63,599 bases of DNA, filler included, from Phoronis australis (GCA_002633005.1; 5 parts of 5 records of this genome joined end to end with filler, not necessarily neighbours in it); one strand, 5' to 3'. Counted from the first letter of the whole stretch, positions 38,511-52,440 are shown. Made by a program: numbers and translations. Notes: generated by a model not told the origin, from the sequence alone.

Positions 38511-38610
38511 CCCTACTCTTTACCCTAGCCCTAACATTAGTCCTAACCGTGGGACCCTAACCCTAACACCGGAACCCTAACCCTAACCGTGTAACCCTAA
38601 TCCTAACCCT
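38511..38610. repeat. Degenerate interstitial (CCCTAA)n telomere-like tract
   Basis: Several ccctaa / cctaac / ccctag units interrupted by short spacers. Confidence 0.75.
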
Positions 38611-39743
38611 GGGCGCATGTTTACTATGACATTCCCGTCCAGTCGTTTGGCCTAACGGATTTTTTTTCTCTTCAATGCTTGGCTTGAACTTGTAGGAAAG
38701 TGTTGACCCAGTGCCATCACCATCAGCGAGGTAGATGACCCCTTTAGCTTCAAAACGTGCGAGACGCACAGCACTGCAACCGTCTATTGCGTCATCTGGC
38801 TGTCTTGGTCTACTGGAGGAGCAGCGGTCTTTGTTGAATGTCCCTTTTGAATTGTCTTTTTCTCCCTCTGCTCTGAATGAAACTGCTTAGCTTTCCAGGA
38901 TACTTTGTATGTGCTCACCACTGAACAAAAATATGTGAATGATACATAGGTGTCCAAACGTCTTGTTTCCATGTCTTTTATGGTTATCCAAATCGACTTC
39001 AATAAATATGTACTCCCCTATACACAACGAGTGAGCCTCGGTGCGGATTATGGTCAAGCTGTGGGGTCAGTAAACTAACATGAATTAAACTTTTATTGTT
39101 TTTTTTCACATTTAAGTTCATCAATTATCTTGAATTAGTCCCACCAAAAGTTGATTATAGTGAAAAACACATCAGGAAAGAACACCAGGTGTCTCGATCA
39201 GCGTAAAATGGGTCTGGCCTAAAAACCCCAGCCTACGGTTCGGCACATCGGATCACCTAAAAATGGACACCGGTTCAAATTTTCATTTGAAACAGTAGGT
39301 GAGCAGATGGAAGGAAGTATTGTGAAAAACAATTGAAAAATGTGGTCTTGGTGGCACTGAACCTTTAGGCTGAGGCCACGGGCAATTTGCTCTTCAAAAT
39401 GTCAAAATCTAGGGTGAGACCAAGCTTGGGGGCATTTTTAGTTAGGTATTGCATGTAGGTCGTGTGAATGTGGTTTGGTTGTATTTGAGAATGAACTAAG
39501 ACCACTTGCTCGGCTGTAGCTGCACTCATCATTTCCGATGATATCGAAGAATTTCTTCCACACGATAAAATGGTTGACAATCAATAATATAAAGCATCCT
39601 CTAATAGTCCGTGCGATGTTTTTTTTAATAATTTTATTTTTCAACAATATACACTTATAAATTTTTTAAAGGGTGAAAGGGTGAACAAGGAAAAGGGTTA
39701 AGGACTTTCACTCACACACTCACACACTCATTCACACACTTCA

Positions 39744-42700
39744 TCATTTAATAATAATATCACTAAACAATATATGAATTAAATATATTACAGATATTAC
39801 AGATTCATTGCATGGCAGCACTGAGGCTCTCCAACATTTTAATATTAATGTTGTCCGGTTCTTTTTGTGTTTGAAAATTAAATAGTGTAATTTTAATATA
39901 TTTTGACAGAAATAAGTTAAGGGCAGACCAATCTGGATGCTACTGCTGCTGGGTACGTAAATATTGGGCGATAGTGATAACATAATTAATCAACAGGGAG
40001 AATTCAGAACTTAAATGGCAAAACATGAATTCATTCTTGGTTATTCTGACCTCTTCCTTAAGGGAAGATGTCAAAAAATCCTGAACATTAATCAACAAAT
40101 CTCTTTGCACTACATCACAATGGAAAAACATGTGTTCAGTATTCTGTACTAGATTACAATAGTGACATTTATCTTAATTAACAATCCCCATCTTATATAA
40201 CAAAGAGTTAGTATACACTGTTATGTAACAACATATGCCTAAAAGATTTAATGCATGGTTCGAGAAGAAGTGTAAAAGGCAAAGAATAATTTTTTCGGAT
40301 ATCTTGTTTGGAGAAATGCTACAACAATTGTTCATAATAGTCTGGTTTTTTGCAATACTTTTGTAACAAAACACTCTTGATTTTTCTTTTGCAAATTTAT
40401 TATAATCTAAGCAAATGTTATTGTTGCAGCCAACCAATCGCTGATGACCTTGATCAATTTTTCTAGATAAAATAATACGTATTGAATTAAAACTTAGAAT
40501 TTTGCCTTGAGCACCTCCCACGATAAAAGCTTATTTTCAGCATCAAGAAAGTCACTGATGAAACATAGCCCATTCTTAACTAACTCTTTATAATATAGTG
40601 ACTCATCATTAAGTGTCATCTCTCTGTTATGCCATATAATCTGATCACAAACAGGCACATCTTTAAAAGCATTATGATTCAACTGCTTACTCACTGACAA
40701 AACCTTTCTATAAAAAACATCATTTACCGTTCTAAACTGTTTGCTTATTTTAAAATTACATGACCGCAACAGTTCACCACCGTAATTCTGGAGGATATAT
40801 TGTGGATAAAACTTCCAACTTCCACATTCAAGAGACTGAAGTCTCGTAACCCAGTTGACTAAAAGGCCCTCCTTTATAAAGGTCATATCAGGAACTTTTA
40901 AACCACCATCTTCATGAGAGGTCATTGCAACGCTTTTCTTTATTTTAGGTGGTTTCCCTGCCCAAATAAAATCAATTAAAATTTTATCTATTCGTTTGCA
41001 CAAATCCCTTGTCAATCCAAGGACAGATAGAACGTGAATCAATTTGGATAACGCAAAAGCTTTAGTTATGACAATTCTTCCTTTAATTGTTAATTTTCTT
41101 GTTTTCCAAATATTTAGAACTTTCCTAAGTTTCGAAATGTTTTCTTCAAAATTTTGCCCGTTTTCGTCTTTTTCATATTTACCGAAGTAAACGCCCAGAC
41201 ACTTAATATTTGTTTTTGGCCAATTTATATCATTCGTTTTCTTAGGTTCATACTGGTGGCCTGTCAACATTCCTTCGCATTTTCGCTTATTTCATTTAAG
41301 ACCAGACACGTCACCAAATTTGTGAGAAATTTAAAGCATTCTCTTCCCGACATTTCATCCTGAATAAGTAAAATTGTGTCATCAGCATACTGGGCTGACT
41401 TCAGGCCCATCAACACACAATCGTTTGATTAAGGGGTTATTTCTAATGTAATGGCTCATGAGCTCCACACATAGTATAAACAGTTGACTACCTAAGGAGT
41501 CCCCTTGACGAAGGCCTCTCTTTACATTAAAATAACCACATGTAAATCCGTTGTTTTGAACAGAAGTCACGATATTGTTACATATTGTTTTTATATTTGA
41601 ATACAGTTGGGACAGAATTTAAAGGGCAGAAGGGTTTTCTAGAGAAAGGACCAATTTAAACTGTCATACGCTTTCTTAAAATCTAAGAATATAATTTGTC
41701 CATTGAGATTTTTATTTGTATAATACGATATTATGTCCTGTATTAATCTAATATTTTGACCAATAAATCGTTTTGAAACAGACGTCTGGTCTCAATGAAT
41801 AAGTTTATGAATGTACTTATTTAGTAGGTTGGCAATACCCCTTGTAAATAATCTGTAATCCCAATTTACTAACGAAATTGGTAGCCAATTTTCCAGATTT
41901 TTTAATTCCTCTGTATTTGTACTTTTGGGGATAAGTGTAATGACACTTTGCCTTTGGGAGGTTGAAAATTTTCCTGTTTTAAAACTATAATTTATACATT
42001 CAGAAAGGTACTGTTTAATAGCATCCCAAAATGTTTTATAAAATTCGTAATCCTAAACCGTCATTGCCTGATGTTTTGTTATTTTGGGGTTGTTTTAAGG
42101 CTTCATAGAGTTCATCTTCTGTGATCTCTTGTTCTAATAATGCAGACTGGTCATCTGTCAGTACTTTATCACTTGGAAGAGTTAATATATCAGGGAAATT
42201 AATATCCTCATGGTCTTTTTCAGAATAAAGAGCCCCCTAAAAAGCTCGTTGAATGTTTTGTATCTCTTTTGGGTCTTAGTTAACTCTGCCAGTTGACTAC
42301 AGTTCTGTAATATGTTTTTACCATGGTTACGTTTTTCAAAATTTAAGAAATATTTAGAGTTTGTTTCACCTCCTTCCACCTACTGGGCTTTACTTCTAAC
42401 AATAATAACTTTTATTACTTGGCTTTGTACAATTTATAGGTTTAATTAACATTTCTTTAATTCACACTGCAACGGATGATTTCTTGATTCTTGTTCGACT
42501 TGCCTAGTTAATTTATTCATTTCATATATTAGTAACTGTTCCTGTTATCTATTTCTAGCACGTACGCGTTTTGAAATTTGTATGGACTTCTAATTTTCAT
42601 TTTTAAAATAACCCAAGACAAGTTTTTATCTTCTTGGTTCTCCGTCGTGTGATGATCAGAAATAATTGTTCCGATCTCACCCACGTACTCCTTTATAACA

Positions 42701-42900
42701 AGTAAGCTGTTATTTAATTTCCGCAAACCCGGTCCTCGATGAGAGTTACCAATATAAACACTGAGCGTAATAGCTGAATGATCGGAATATATAAAATCAT
42801 TAATTATATTAGACGGACATCTTGAAGACATAGCAATGTCAACTAGCCAATAGTCTAGTCTACTTTGAGCTTTTATGGTTTATCTGTGCGATCTGGATGT
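39744..42900 (-). mobile_element. L1/Tx1-clade LINE, ORF2 relic
   Basis: End of the APE domain (SRLDYWL, SDHSAI, GPGLRKLNNSLL), EGGETNSKYF, RGLRQGDSL..LFILCVE, IKCLGV, RKLTIKGRIV.TK, GGLKVPD, and C-terminal C.YC.....EHMFFHC. Confidence 0.9.
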
Positions 42901-43018
42901 CATCTACGTAACCACATGGCCACCTTGTCGAAGTTGCCAGGGTACGGGCCGAAGTGACTTCGTAAAGCGCTCTAAATCAGAAGCATATTCGAAATTACTA
43001 CCAATTTGTTTATGTATT

Positions 43019-45210
43019 TAGTAGTAGTGGTAGTGGTAGTCGTAGTGGTAGTCGTAGTGGTAGTAGTAATCTTTATTTAAAAATCGGTGAGATTTAACAA
43101 AGAAACGTTAGCACAAGTGCTATTATCCGACAAATTTAAAATATACAAAATGAAAATACAAAACTAAAGTACAAGCTAATTCTACAGTACGGAGAATATA
43201 CAGAATTTAAACATAAATATAAATACAAAAGTACACATACATGTTACGGAATGTGTAGACATCCGTAGCAGTTTTCACAAGAGCAGATCTCAGAGAAAAA
43301 ATCATGAGCAAGAGTGGCAAATTCATTTACGGCAGTACATTGTCTCATTATTGATGGCAATGAGTTTCACAGCAAAGTACCTTTATGGAGACTGGGTTAC
43401 ACTTGTAAGTTATGGTATTATAGCGTTTCACATAAAGACAGTTTTCACCTCTGAGACCGTATCCAGACTCTCTAAATTCAAGCTTTCCTGACAAACGACA
43501 GCGTCCAATAACATGAACATTTTTGAATATTTCAATAGATAAACATTTTATCCGCCAACTAGTTAGAGAGCAGCTCCTAGACTTATCTAAGAGTTGTGAG
43601 TAGCTTGACTGGCTGTCATTGAACACAATTTTTAAAGCACGGTGTTGTATCTTTTCCATCTTCCTACTTTTCTGTATTCCACATATGTGCCAAACGAGGG
43701 GGCAGTGATTAAAATATGATCTGATAAATGCGTAATATAACTTAAGCTTACTGTTAGTGCCTAAAACAATACGAAAACGAAACAAGGCATTCATTTGTCT
43801 AAAAGCTTTTTTTGCAAATAACATCAACGTGGTCATGGAATTTTAACTGGCTGTCAAGTTGGACACCTAGCAACTTAACGTACTCTTCACACTCAATCAC
43901 AGTATTACCAGACATGAGATACCTATCATTATTATGTACACGATTCCTAGAAAAGATGATCGACTTGAATTTACCAGGGTTTACAGCCATTCCATTAGAG
44001 GAGAACCAATCCATTGCCATCTGCCCAGCTACCTTGAGGCTGAGGCGAAATGCAGATAAAGAGGGGCCTGCTTGCAAGAGGGTATTGTCATCAGCGTAAT
44101 TATATAACTTACAGTGACCACTTATAGCGTAAAATATATCATTGATAAAAATGTTGAATAACATGGGGCCTAAAACAGACCCTTGGGGAACGCCCTTGAG
44201 GACATTTAACCAGTCACTAACAGTGGACCCAATTTTCACTCTCATCCTTCTATTACTGCGATAAGACATTGTGAGGTTACAGGTATTCAACGTGCAGCCA
44301 TAGGTTTTTAGTTTGGCAACAAGGAACTCATGAGGGAGGCAATCAGAAGCTTTAGACAGATCAATTAATATGCACCCAGCAAATAAATTATTATCCAGAA
44401 CTAACCTTACATCTTCAGTGAGGCACAACAAGACATCCTGACAAGAAAAACCTTTACGGAAAGCACTGAAATTTCCATTTAAAATTTCATCAAAATGTAG
44501 TTTCAATTGGTCTAGAATAAGTCGTTCAAAAGCTTGGTTGACAGCAGTTAGCGCACTAACTGGTCTATAACAGGATTTATCCATTCTGTCCCCTTTCTTA
44601 AATACTTGACTAATCTGACTTTTTCAGCATAGAGTGATACTGGCTGGAGGCTATACGCTTGTTGAATATGGGTGTTAGGGACTTGCATATTGCATGAGCG
44701 CCATACTTGAGGAATCTTGGATGTAATGAGTCATAACCCATCGATTTATTGCATGTGATGCCCTTCAGCTTACACAGGACGTCGTTTTCAGTGACAATTG
44801 AGAAGCTGAGGACCAGTTGAATCGATCCTTCGTTACTTTTAGAGAATCGAGGTGACACCCGGGTGAGAAGTATAGTCATTGTAAGAATTTACATTTGGAA
44901 ACTGGGAACTGATTGATTCCATTGATTCAAAAAAATAACTATTAAAGATTTCAGCTACCTTATCAGCATCCGTGACAACTTGACCATTTTCAAACAAGGT
45001 AATCCCGTTTCTGACTACTGTTCCTTCACAACTGTCCCAGAAGAGCTTTCAATTGCACGAATTATTGGTGTCGCTGTTTGTTTGGAAATACTGGCATATG
45101 GATTTTCTTTTCAATTCAGTGACTAGATTTCGCTGGGATCTATAATTCTCCCAGTTTTCAGCATTTCTGTATTTAAAGTAGCGGCGTCCTATCTGTAATG
45201 CATATGCTAA
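43019..45210 (-). mobile_element. CR1/L2-group LINE, 5'-truncated, with 3' UTR and (ACT/ACC)n tail
   Basis: YRPVSAL, FRKGFSC, IDLSKA.D, GVPQGSVLGPMLFNIFIND, YADD, KLLGV.LD..LKF..HV, YCPLVW-like and EKIQHRAL motifs; AATAAA followed by a simple-repeat tail at 43019-43068. Confidence 0.92.
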
Positions 45211-46253
45211 GTCTGAACTTTTTTCGCGGGGTGGGGTTTAATCGAATCCCCCCGCCCCCGACTCCCCTGCATGCTACGGGCCTGTTTTTAGAATCGGCAT
45301 ACAAGTGGGTTAAACAAGTACTAATCTCATTTGACTAATATGTCATTACGGCGTTTTCCCAACTTGTTCGATTCTATAGCCCAACAAGTTGGGAAGTTTA
45401 CCCCTGTAGCCAATATCTTACACAACTGATCAACCCCATTCTGGCATTTATGGTTGGATTTCCAGCTCTCTTTTGTTCGACAATTGCTCTAATCTCCCAT
45501 AAGATAGTATCTACTCTGACTGATGGGCTGTGCTGTTAAACTAATAAAATAAAAGTTAAGTTATAACATAGTTGAACATAAACCAATAGCATTTCTGAAA
45601 TCTTCGTCAAATGGTGATCATGTTTAGTTTTTGAATCGCCAAAATCGCCCAACTGCAACCGAAGTTACGACAGTCTATTCTTTCCCAATACACCAATTCA
45701 CTCCGAGTTTGACTGTGTTCACACGTGGCCTGTAATAAGAATGATAGATAATTGGCCTACTTGTTGTCATAACAGACAAAAGAGTGTGCTTGGTAGTTGC
45801 TCAGAACCCCCTACGCCTGGTATAGCCACTGAACGGGAAAACGCTGTCATGTTGTAGGCGGATTGTAAATAATAACCGCGCTCATAGTGTGAACAGGCCA
45901 GCGTAAAACCTTTTATGCTCGCAATCTACCTGAACAATTCGACTTCCTTAACTGCCAGCGATACTCACATCTACCTTTTCTTCTGAGACAACGGTAAATG
46001 GAGCCCATTTAGAGTTATTATGCAACCTCTGTGTACTTCGTTCAATGTTACGCCAACTAACAAACAACCCCGAGGCGTCCCAATGAAGAACAGGCTGCAT
46101 AACTGAAGTGCTTTAGGGTCACGCGTCTCAGGACAAAACCTAGCACTGCATTCACTTGTCGGGAGGTCAGTCAAGCTGTGCACATCTGTGCGACTCGTCG
46201 TTGTTCTTGCACTTTTGCCTAATTCAAAGTTTACTTGCATCTCTATTTGAAGA

Positions 46254-46920
46254 ATGACGCAAAATACCTCACTAAGGAGCCAGCAACATGAAAGGCTTTT
46301 GCGGAAGCTCGGTAAAGTAGAAAACGAGAGACGAATTCGACAAATAGGCTCGACTGTCGTGTACAATATTGTAATAAGAAGCTCCGACGTTATTAAACCG
46401 GAGTTCGTGGAGACTTCTTTGGTCGTTATTCAGCAGAAATACCAAACTTTCCGTATAGGTTTTGTCTTAAGGGATGGCTTACAATACTTCCAAGAGATCG
46501 AACACAGTCCGATTGATTTCCAAGTTGACACAGGCCATTGGGAAGCCACTTACCATGCGTTATTGCGAACGCCGTTTAGCGGAAGCGGACCGTTATGGAG
46601 AGCTAGATATATTCCACCGAAACCATGCCAAGAGGACAGTGCACGGACGAGTCACATTTTACTCAGTTGGTCCCACAGTATCACTGATGGTTTCTCTTGC
46701 CTCACTGTATGCAACAGTCTTTTGGAAACGCTTGATTCTATTATATCAGGGGAAATTCCGAAGATAACGGAAAGTATAAAACTTACTCCTTCCATGGAAG
46801 ACATGATAAGGAATGTGTATAGCAGGGACACCCAGTCGCTCGGCAATGGAGATGATGTCGTTCTGGACCGCAACTTTCCGACAGACAGTCACTGTGGCTC
46901 ATGGCGACAGAACTTCAGAG
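46254..46920 (+). CDS. First coding exon of a stand-alone condensation-domain / alcohol-acetyltransferase-like (CoA-dependent acyltransferase) protein
   Basis: 222 uninterrupted codons from ATG; RKLGKVE N-terminal motif, PF...GPLWRAR, catalytic-type SHSITDG (HxxxDG); plausible phase-1 donor cagag|gtacgt at 46920/46921. Confidence 0.8.
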
Positions 46921-47113
46921 GTACGTAATTACCGATAATGTGGTCATCCCGAATGCTGGCGTTGAGTTGGTGATTTTGCTTGATTACCCACACTCTGTAG
47001 ACGGCACTATAGACTTTAGCTTTTAATTTAACGATACAGACCGGAGTTAAGACAATATGAAAGAGCCTTTTATCACTTTTGGTTTATATAAATCATGTTG
47101 CATAGCAATACTA

Positions 47114-47804
47114 CCATATTTGGTCAATAAATTTTTGAGATCAGTAACTTTGCTGCCAAAGAGGGCTTTGTCTTGAAGTGAATGTTGCAAATCTCCCTGC
47201 TTTTGCCAAGCAGTGTCACCTCTTCTGATGTGCTGGTGATAAACACCAGTGGGTAAACACCAAATTTGTTAGCAGGCCTAGTATGAATCACCATTATGCA
47301 AATTGGGTTTGGGGTCAATGACCAGGTTGCAGCTTTCTTCAAAATTTGGGAAAATCTGGTGTTTTGGCAGGCTCTAAATGGAATGGCCCGCATGCAGCCC
47401 AGACTTGAACCTTATCGAACACCTATGGGACGGGCTGTACGTGTGCGAGTGACCAACACATCAGATGTGAAATGCCATCATACAGCAACGTGTCGCCAGG
47501 CTGGTAAACAGTGCGTTGCTTTGGTGAATGCATAGATAGTCTATGGTTCGTCAACCCGATACTGAGAAGACTATCATTGTTGTCTACCAGTCAGACTACC
47601 ACTACTGTCTATCCACTTAGTTGTTCAATAAATCAAGTGTTGCCAAATTGTCACCAATTTTTATACCATGGAACTAGCACTGTAATTGAAAAAGCTGAAT
47701 GTTCAAACTCGAATACACATTATTTTAGCTCAAACATTCATTATGAGGTCAAGCCCTCTTTGACAGCAAAGTTACTAAACACAAAAAATATTCACGGAAT
47801 GTGG
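47114..47804. mobile_element. Tc1/mariner-type non-autonomous element with ~75-bp TIRs
   Basis: agtaactttgctgccaaagagggctt...tgaatgtt is mirrored by aacattca...aagccctctttgacagcaaagttact; ends read TA-CC...GG-TA. Confidence 0.65.
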
Positions 47805-49807
47805 TATTGTTGGAAAGGAGAATGAAGGTTATTCACTGGTATGCAATATGGTATAATGAAACGAAAAATAATAAAAACAACAGCACAAATGCCCAAACTT
47901 TTGTTGAGGTGTTTAGTCCGTCAACAACCACTGAATTTGCTTGACAACGCCATCATACCCAGGCCAATATCTTTGCCCAGGCACGGTTCATTATACGCAA
48001 ACATTGCCAACGTGGATTCAATTTGAAACGGATTTGATCGCTTCTATCAGATTATTTGAATCACCACCAAAGGTAACGAGCAGTGTTCATTCATCGTAAA
48101 TGGGATTCCGCGAATGCTTCTTTTCCGTATTGGACACAGTCCTAGACTGCTTACCTAAGATGAGTATGTGCCTGAGCTACCGACTCTGATTTTTAATCAA
48201 AATATTTCCCTCGAAGATCAGAAAAGTATAAACTTTACTTTGAGAATACAATCAGTTGTGATCTACTTTTCATTTGGCGGAATTTAGCAGACGGCGGAAT
48301 AAATATATCGGCGAAATATCCTGAAATCTATGTCATCGTACAGATAATTCGACTTTAAGGTAAATACCCAGTTTTACATGAACATATCAGTGGCCTTGTC
48401 AGTTTTCAAGTGAAGGTGAACCCCTTGTGGGGTTCTTTGAATTATCGCTGGCTCCGAAATACTTTTGCTCGAACACTTTTTTCATCGTTGCAGCTTTACA
48501 AATTCCCAAGTCACGAATATACGATTCTAAGCTGAAAAGTGCCGGAAAGTGCAAAAAACGCCAATCAATTCCACCAGGAACGTCGTTTAGCGACTGTGTA
48601 TTTGCCTCTGACATCTTGCTTGTTTGTCGGGTGTCACGTGACTTTTCGCTAGGAGGCGGAGCTTGCGATAGGTCAATTCTGGGCATGTCCCCCAACCATG
48701 AAAATTTTTGGCAGTGAACATTTTCGAAACAGAGAATTACAAAATACACGTTTCAATTGTTTTCGGGTGGTTCCTAGAGAAGATGATCTCTAGCTCAACA
48801 TTTGAGTACCCTTATCGATGTATCATAGTCCCCCCTCTGACCACACCCACCAGAGCGAATTTATTAGATAGATATATTAGAGCATCGGGTACTGCAGTAT
48901 CCAAGAAATTTAGTTACCTTTTCATGCCCAAAACGTCATTTGCTACCTCAAGGTTTAAAGCAGATAACGGTAAGAGCCTTTGGGTTAAAAATACAATATT
49001 GACAGCTTAACAGCTGCAAAATGTAGTGCGTACCACAAACATCACCCTTGGCAGCCTGAGGAGTTGGTGAGTATTGCCTATTTGATGGTACGCTGTTCAG
49101 AAAGATGAGATAATCGATCAGTAGGCCCTCCTGAACGACACAACTATTTTCACTTACAGCGTCAATATTAATTTCTCCTAACATTTATTTTTCTTACACA
49201 TCTTTTCCTCGTAATCCCAGTTGGCAACCTACACAGACATTATAAATATGCCCAGCCAACCTCGTTTCAGAACAGCGTCGTTTGTGAGGAATGTCGAATG
49301 GTAACTCTGTAGTACTGGAGTAAACGTACACAGCCTTGAAACAAATTATTTGGCATGAAAATACCACGCGCGAACCCAACCTAGAAATGGGGGGCTCGAA
49401 TTTTTGAGATGCAGTGTAAATACCACACAACATGCAACTCAGTCTCAATCGTAACATCTGGAACAGGACTGTTAATTATATGACAGTTCAGTCTCAGTTT
49501 TCAATTTCTATATAATATATCGTCTAGAACTCGGGCACCGATTCCTCGCCAATATCAAACATTGTTGTCACCGGCCATGACAGCACCCGATACTATCGGC
49601 GACAGTATTACACGAGCGGCAACGACGACCGTCCCAGCAACACGTGAACCTATCCATGCTACAGAATCCGTAGCCAGTCAACTAGCTGTATCAACAGACT
49701 GTCGTATATTTAGTATACAGCTTTGTACCAAGGCTACAAAATCCGTAGAAATGCGACAACGTACCTGCAACAACGCTACAACAGGCATATTCGCCGGAGC
49801 TTAGCCC

Positions 49808-50550
49808 GGCCAACCCGCGATCGAGAACGACCGGAAGGCGATCGAGAACGAAATTTGGCGCAAGAAGCGAAGCCAGACAAGGTGAGTAAATTTGATGAAT
49901 TTTCGTTGTTTTCACTTCCAATGTGAAAACAGAGACATGAGTTCAAGGCGTAACACATTGAGGAAGGACAGTTAGAGGTTTAGGCTAGTGTCTCTTCCAA
50001 TTATAGGAGAAAAATTACGTTGACAGAGGCATCGCATGAGCCGAAGGTGATTTGTATGTCATTTTGGCAAATTACCGTTATTTTTGGCACTAAATCAATG
50101 AATTGACCATGGAGTTATGAAGAAATGACGTGTGAAAATATAACGCAACGCTTGTTTTTTGTAGTTTTGTCAGGATCTCTGATTTTTCGACGCTTTTCTG
50201 TTGAAAGATGCGATCGAGAACGCAACGATAAGCGATCGGGAACGCTAATTTGTGTTCGTTTATGCGATCGGGAACGCATCGTGGTGTGTCGAATAGTAAT
50301 GAACTTTAAAACGTGAAAAAGGTTACAAAATAAGTGTGATGCAATGAATTAATCACATTTTGCGTCATTACTGTGTTACTTTCGTATCAAAACTGAACAA
50401 CAGCATAACATTTCCATTAAATTGCCATGAGCACTACATGTACATCAAGCATAATTTTAGTTTCACAAACTAATTTATTTTCATTTCAGGAAACAAGTTC
50501 ACTGTTATTGTGAGGCGAGCTTCAGCGATCATGTTGCCCACGAAGTGAAG
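49808..50550 (+). mobile_element. Dispersed repeat with iterated CGATCG(A/G)GAACG motifs and splice signals, copy 1
   Basis: ggcca.cccgcgatcgagaacg..cggaaggcgatcgagaacga is shared with ~61002-61047; gtgagt donor at ~49882 and tttcag acceptor at 50489. Confidence 0.5.
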
Positions 50551-51369
50551 GTACACCCTACCAGGGTTTTGAAATACAGACATCTACTTTTAGACGAAAC
50601 CACTGAGAACAAGGGGTTCTAAACTGAAGACTCGCCCAGGAGTTGTTCCATGTGGGCTGTCAGACAGGGGAAACAAGTTGTTGCAGCAGATGAAAGCGAG
50701 TGTAGAATCTTCTTCTAGAATTGTGACAGCAAAAGGAAAAAAAAACAAATAGCTAATGAAGTCAAAGAATCGGATGACGGGCTTGCCCATGGGGAGAGAC
50801 TGGAGGGGAGTGCAGCAACACTTAACGAGATGATTCAAAGATTCCCACTCATAAACGTCTGATTATCGTTCATAGACACGCGGTACACGAGAGTCATTAG
50901 CTATGTAGTGATTGGCCCGTTCACTACTTCTCAGCTTATAAAACGTGTGTTAGTATTTTCCCTGTGCAATCATTTCCACTAAATAAACGTTTGGAAATAC
51001 TAACGAAAATGGGCTCTACCATTAGCCGTGTGATGTTCAAGGCGGTCAATTCAAGAAGGGTTTACAGCCGGATATTCTTGCCCATCGGATTTGAATTTTA
51101 AAACGTTTCTGGGTACCTCTCAACTGTAGAAAGCTTGGAGGCCTCAGGCAACCAGAACCGTTCCCTACAGCTTTCGTCCCCACCTCCGCAGTTTTAGACA
51201 AGACCCGGTCATCTCACAATTTTCATATCCCCTCCCTCTCGCCACAATTTGCCCAAGTTTTATCAGGAAGGGTTCTTCTCCTCGTTGTTACGAGGTCGAG
51301 CCACTAATGCGGTGTATAAAACGCTATTATGTAACTTTGTTTGCTTAAAACGGACTATCAAAATACATT

Positions 51370-51550
51370 TTATTCTCATCTCATCAACCAACTGTATAAC
51401 TTTACTGATGTTGACAATTTCTTCATTTTGGGGGGACTTTAACGCAAGAACAGGCAACAAACTAAATTTCATTCATGATATTGACGAAGTGGGCCCAAGA
51501 CAGATCATAGATTTTCAGACCAATCGATTTTGTGATGCTTTAAAAGAGGC
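51370..51550 (+). mobile_element. LINE APE endonuclease fragment
   Basis: GDFNARTG...FI..D.V.PR...D...N motif. Confidence 0.6.
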
Positions 51551-51825
51551 CTGAACTACATGTTTCAGCATTTTAATATGAATTTTGAAAGTATAAAGAT
51601 TGGTTACTGGCATCCACATATTCCTAAATAGTGCGCAGTATTTTTCTTTTTTACTTTGAAAAGTAAAAATTTATTAGTTCCGTAAAGCCCAGTGCAAGCG
51701 CTGGTTTTCTTGACGTCAGGTCATTAGCCGTGCGAGTACGTAGTCCAGTTGACAGATCAACATGTGCACACGCACAACCTTTTTCGTTTTTCTTTCCTGT
51801 GACTTTGATTCATCCAAGTGCCTAG

Positions 51826-52125
51826 CCAGTCAGCTAGCTGTATGAAGACTATCTTCAAAATACAACTAAGTACCAGCAGCACTGTGTTGAGCTCCGTTAG
51901 ACTCCGAAATTTCACTTAGCCCCGGTTGTTCTGCTCGCCACCTCGTCGCGAAACTTTTATCAACATGTAGGCCTAGAGACTAAGAGTTCTAAACCGGCAC
52001 GGGAGCGTGCAAATATCTGGTGTCAACCGACACTCACCTTGCCCACTGGAGCCATTTAAGTGAAAAACAATCTAGTAAACGTTATTTTATTTCATAATTC
52101 TCAGCCTTTTGTAATAAAGAAAACA
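51826..52125 (+). repeat. Unclassified dispersed repeat, copy 2
   Basis: Colinear similarity to 31400-31670. Confidence 0.7.
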
Positions 52126-52440
52126 GTACGCTCAACACACGCTATTTCCCAAAATTGTGCGACATTTGTCGGGAAATGACAGCTTCGCAAGAGCAAATTT
52201 TTTTATGAAATTCTGTTTCCTGGTGTTAAAATATTAAAAACTTATAAGGAAATGAAATCAAGTCTAGTAATTTGTTGTGACATATACACAACTTCGAAGA
52301 ACAACTCGGGGAACGAAACTGGCCAATGAGGCAACAGGTGACGGCGCCGAAATCCGATCTTAAAGAGCGTACCCAGTCAAGTTTACTCAAGGAAGAGTGT
52401 AATTTTTAATAACATTTTGTGTCAGGTTTTATTTGATCAG

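Noticed and set aside
45971-46873. Antisense and alternative-frame ORFs over the acyltransferase exon
   Set aside because: Shadow ORFs with no motifs.
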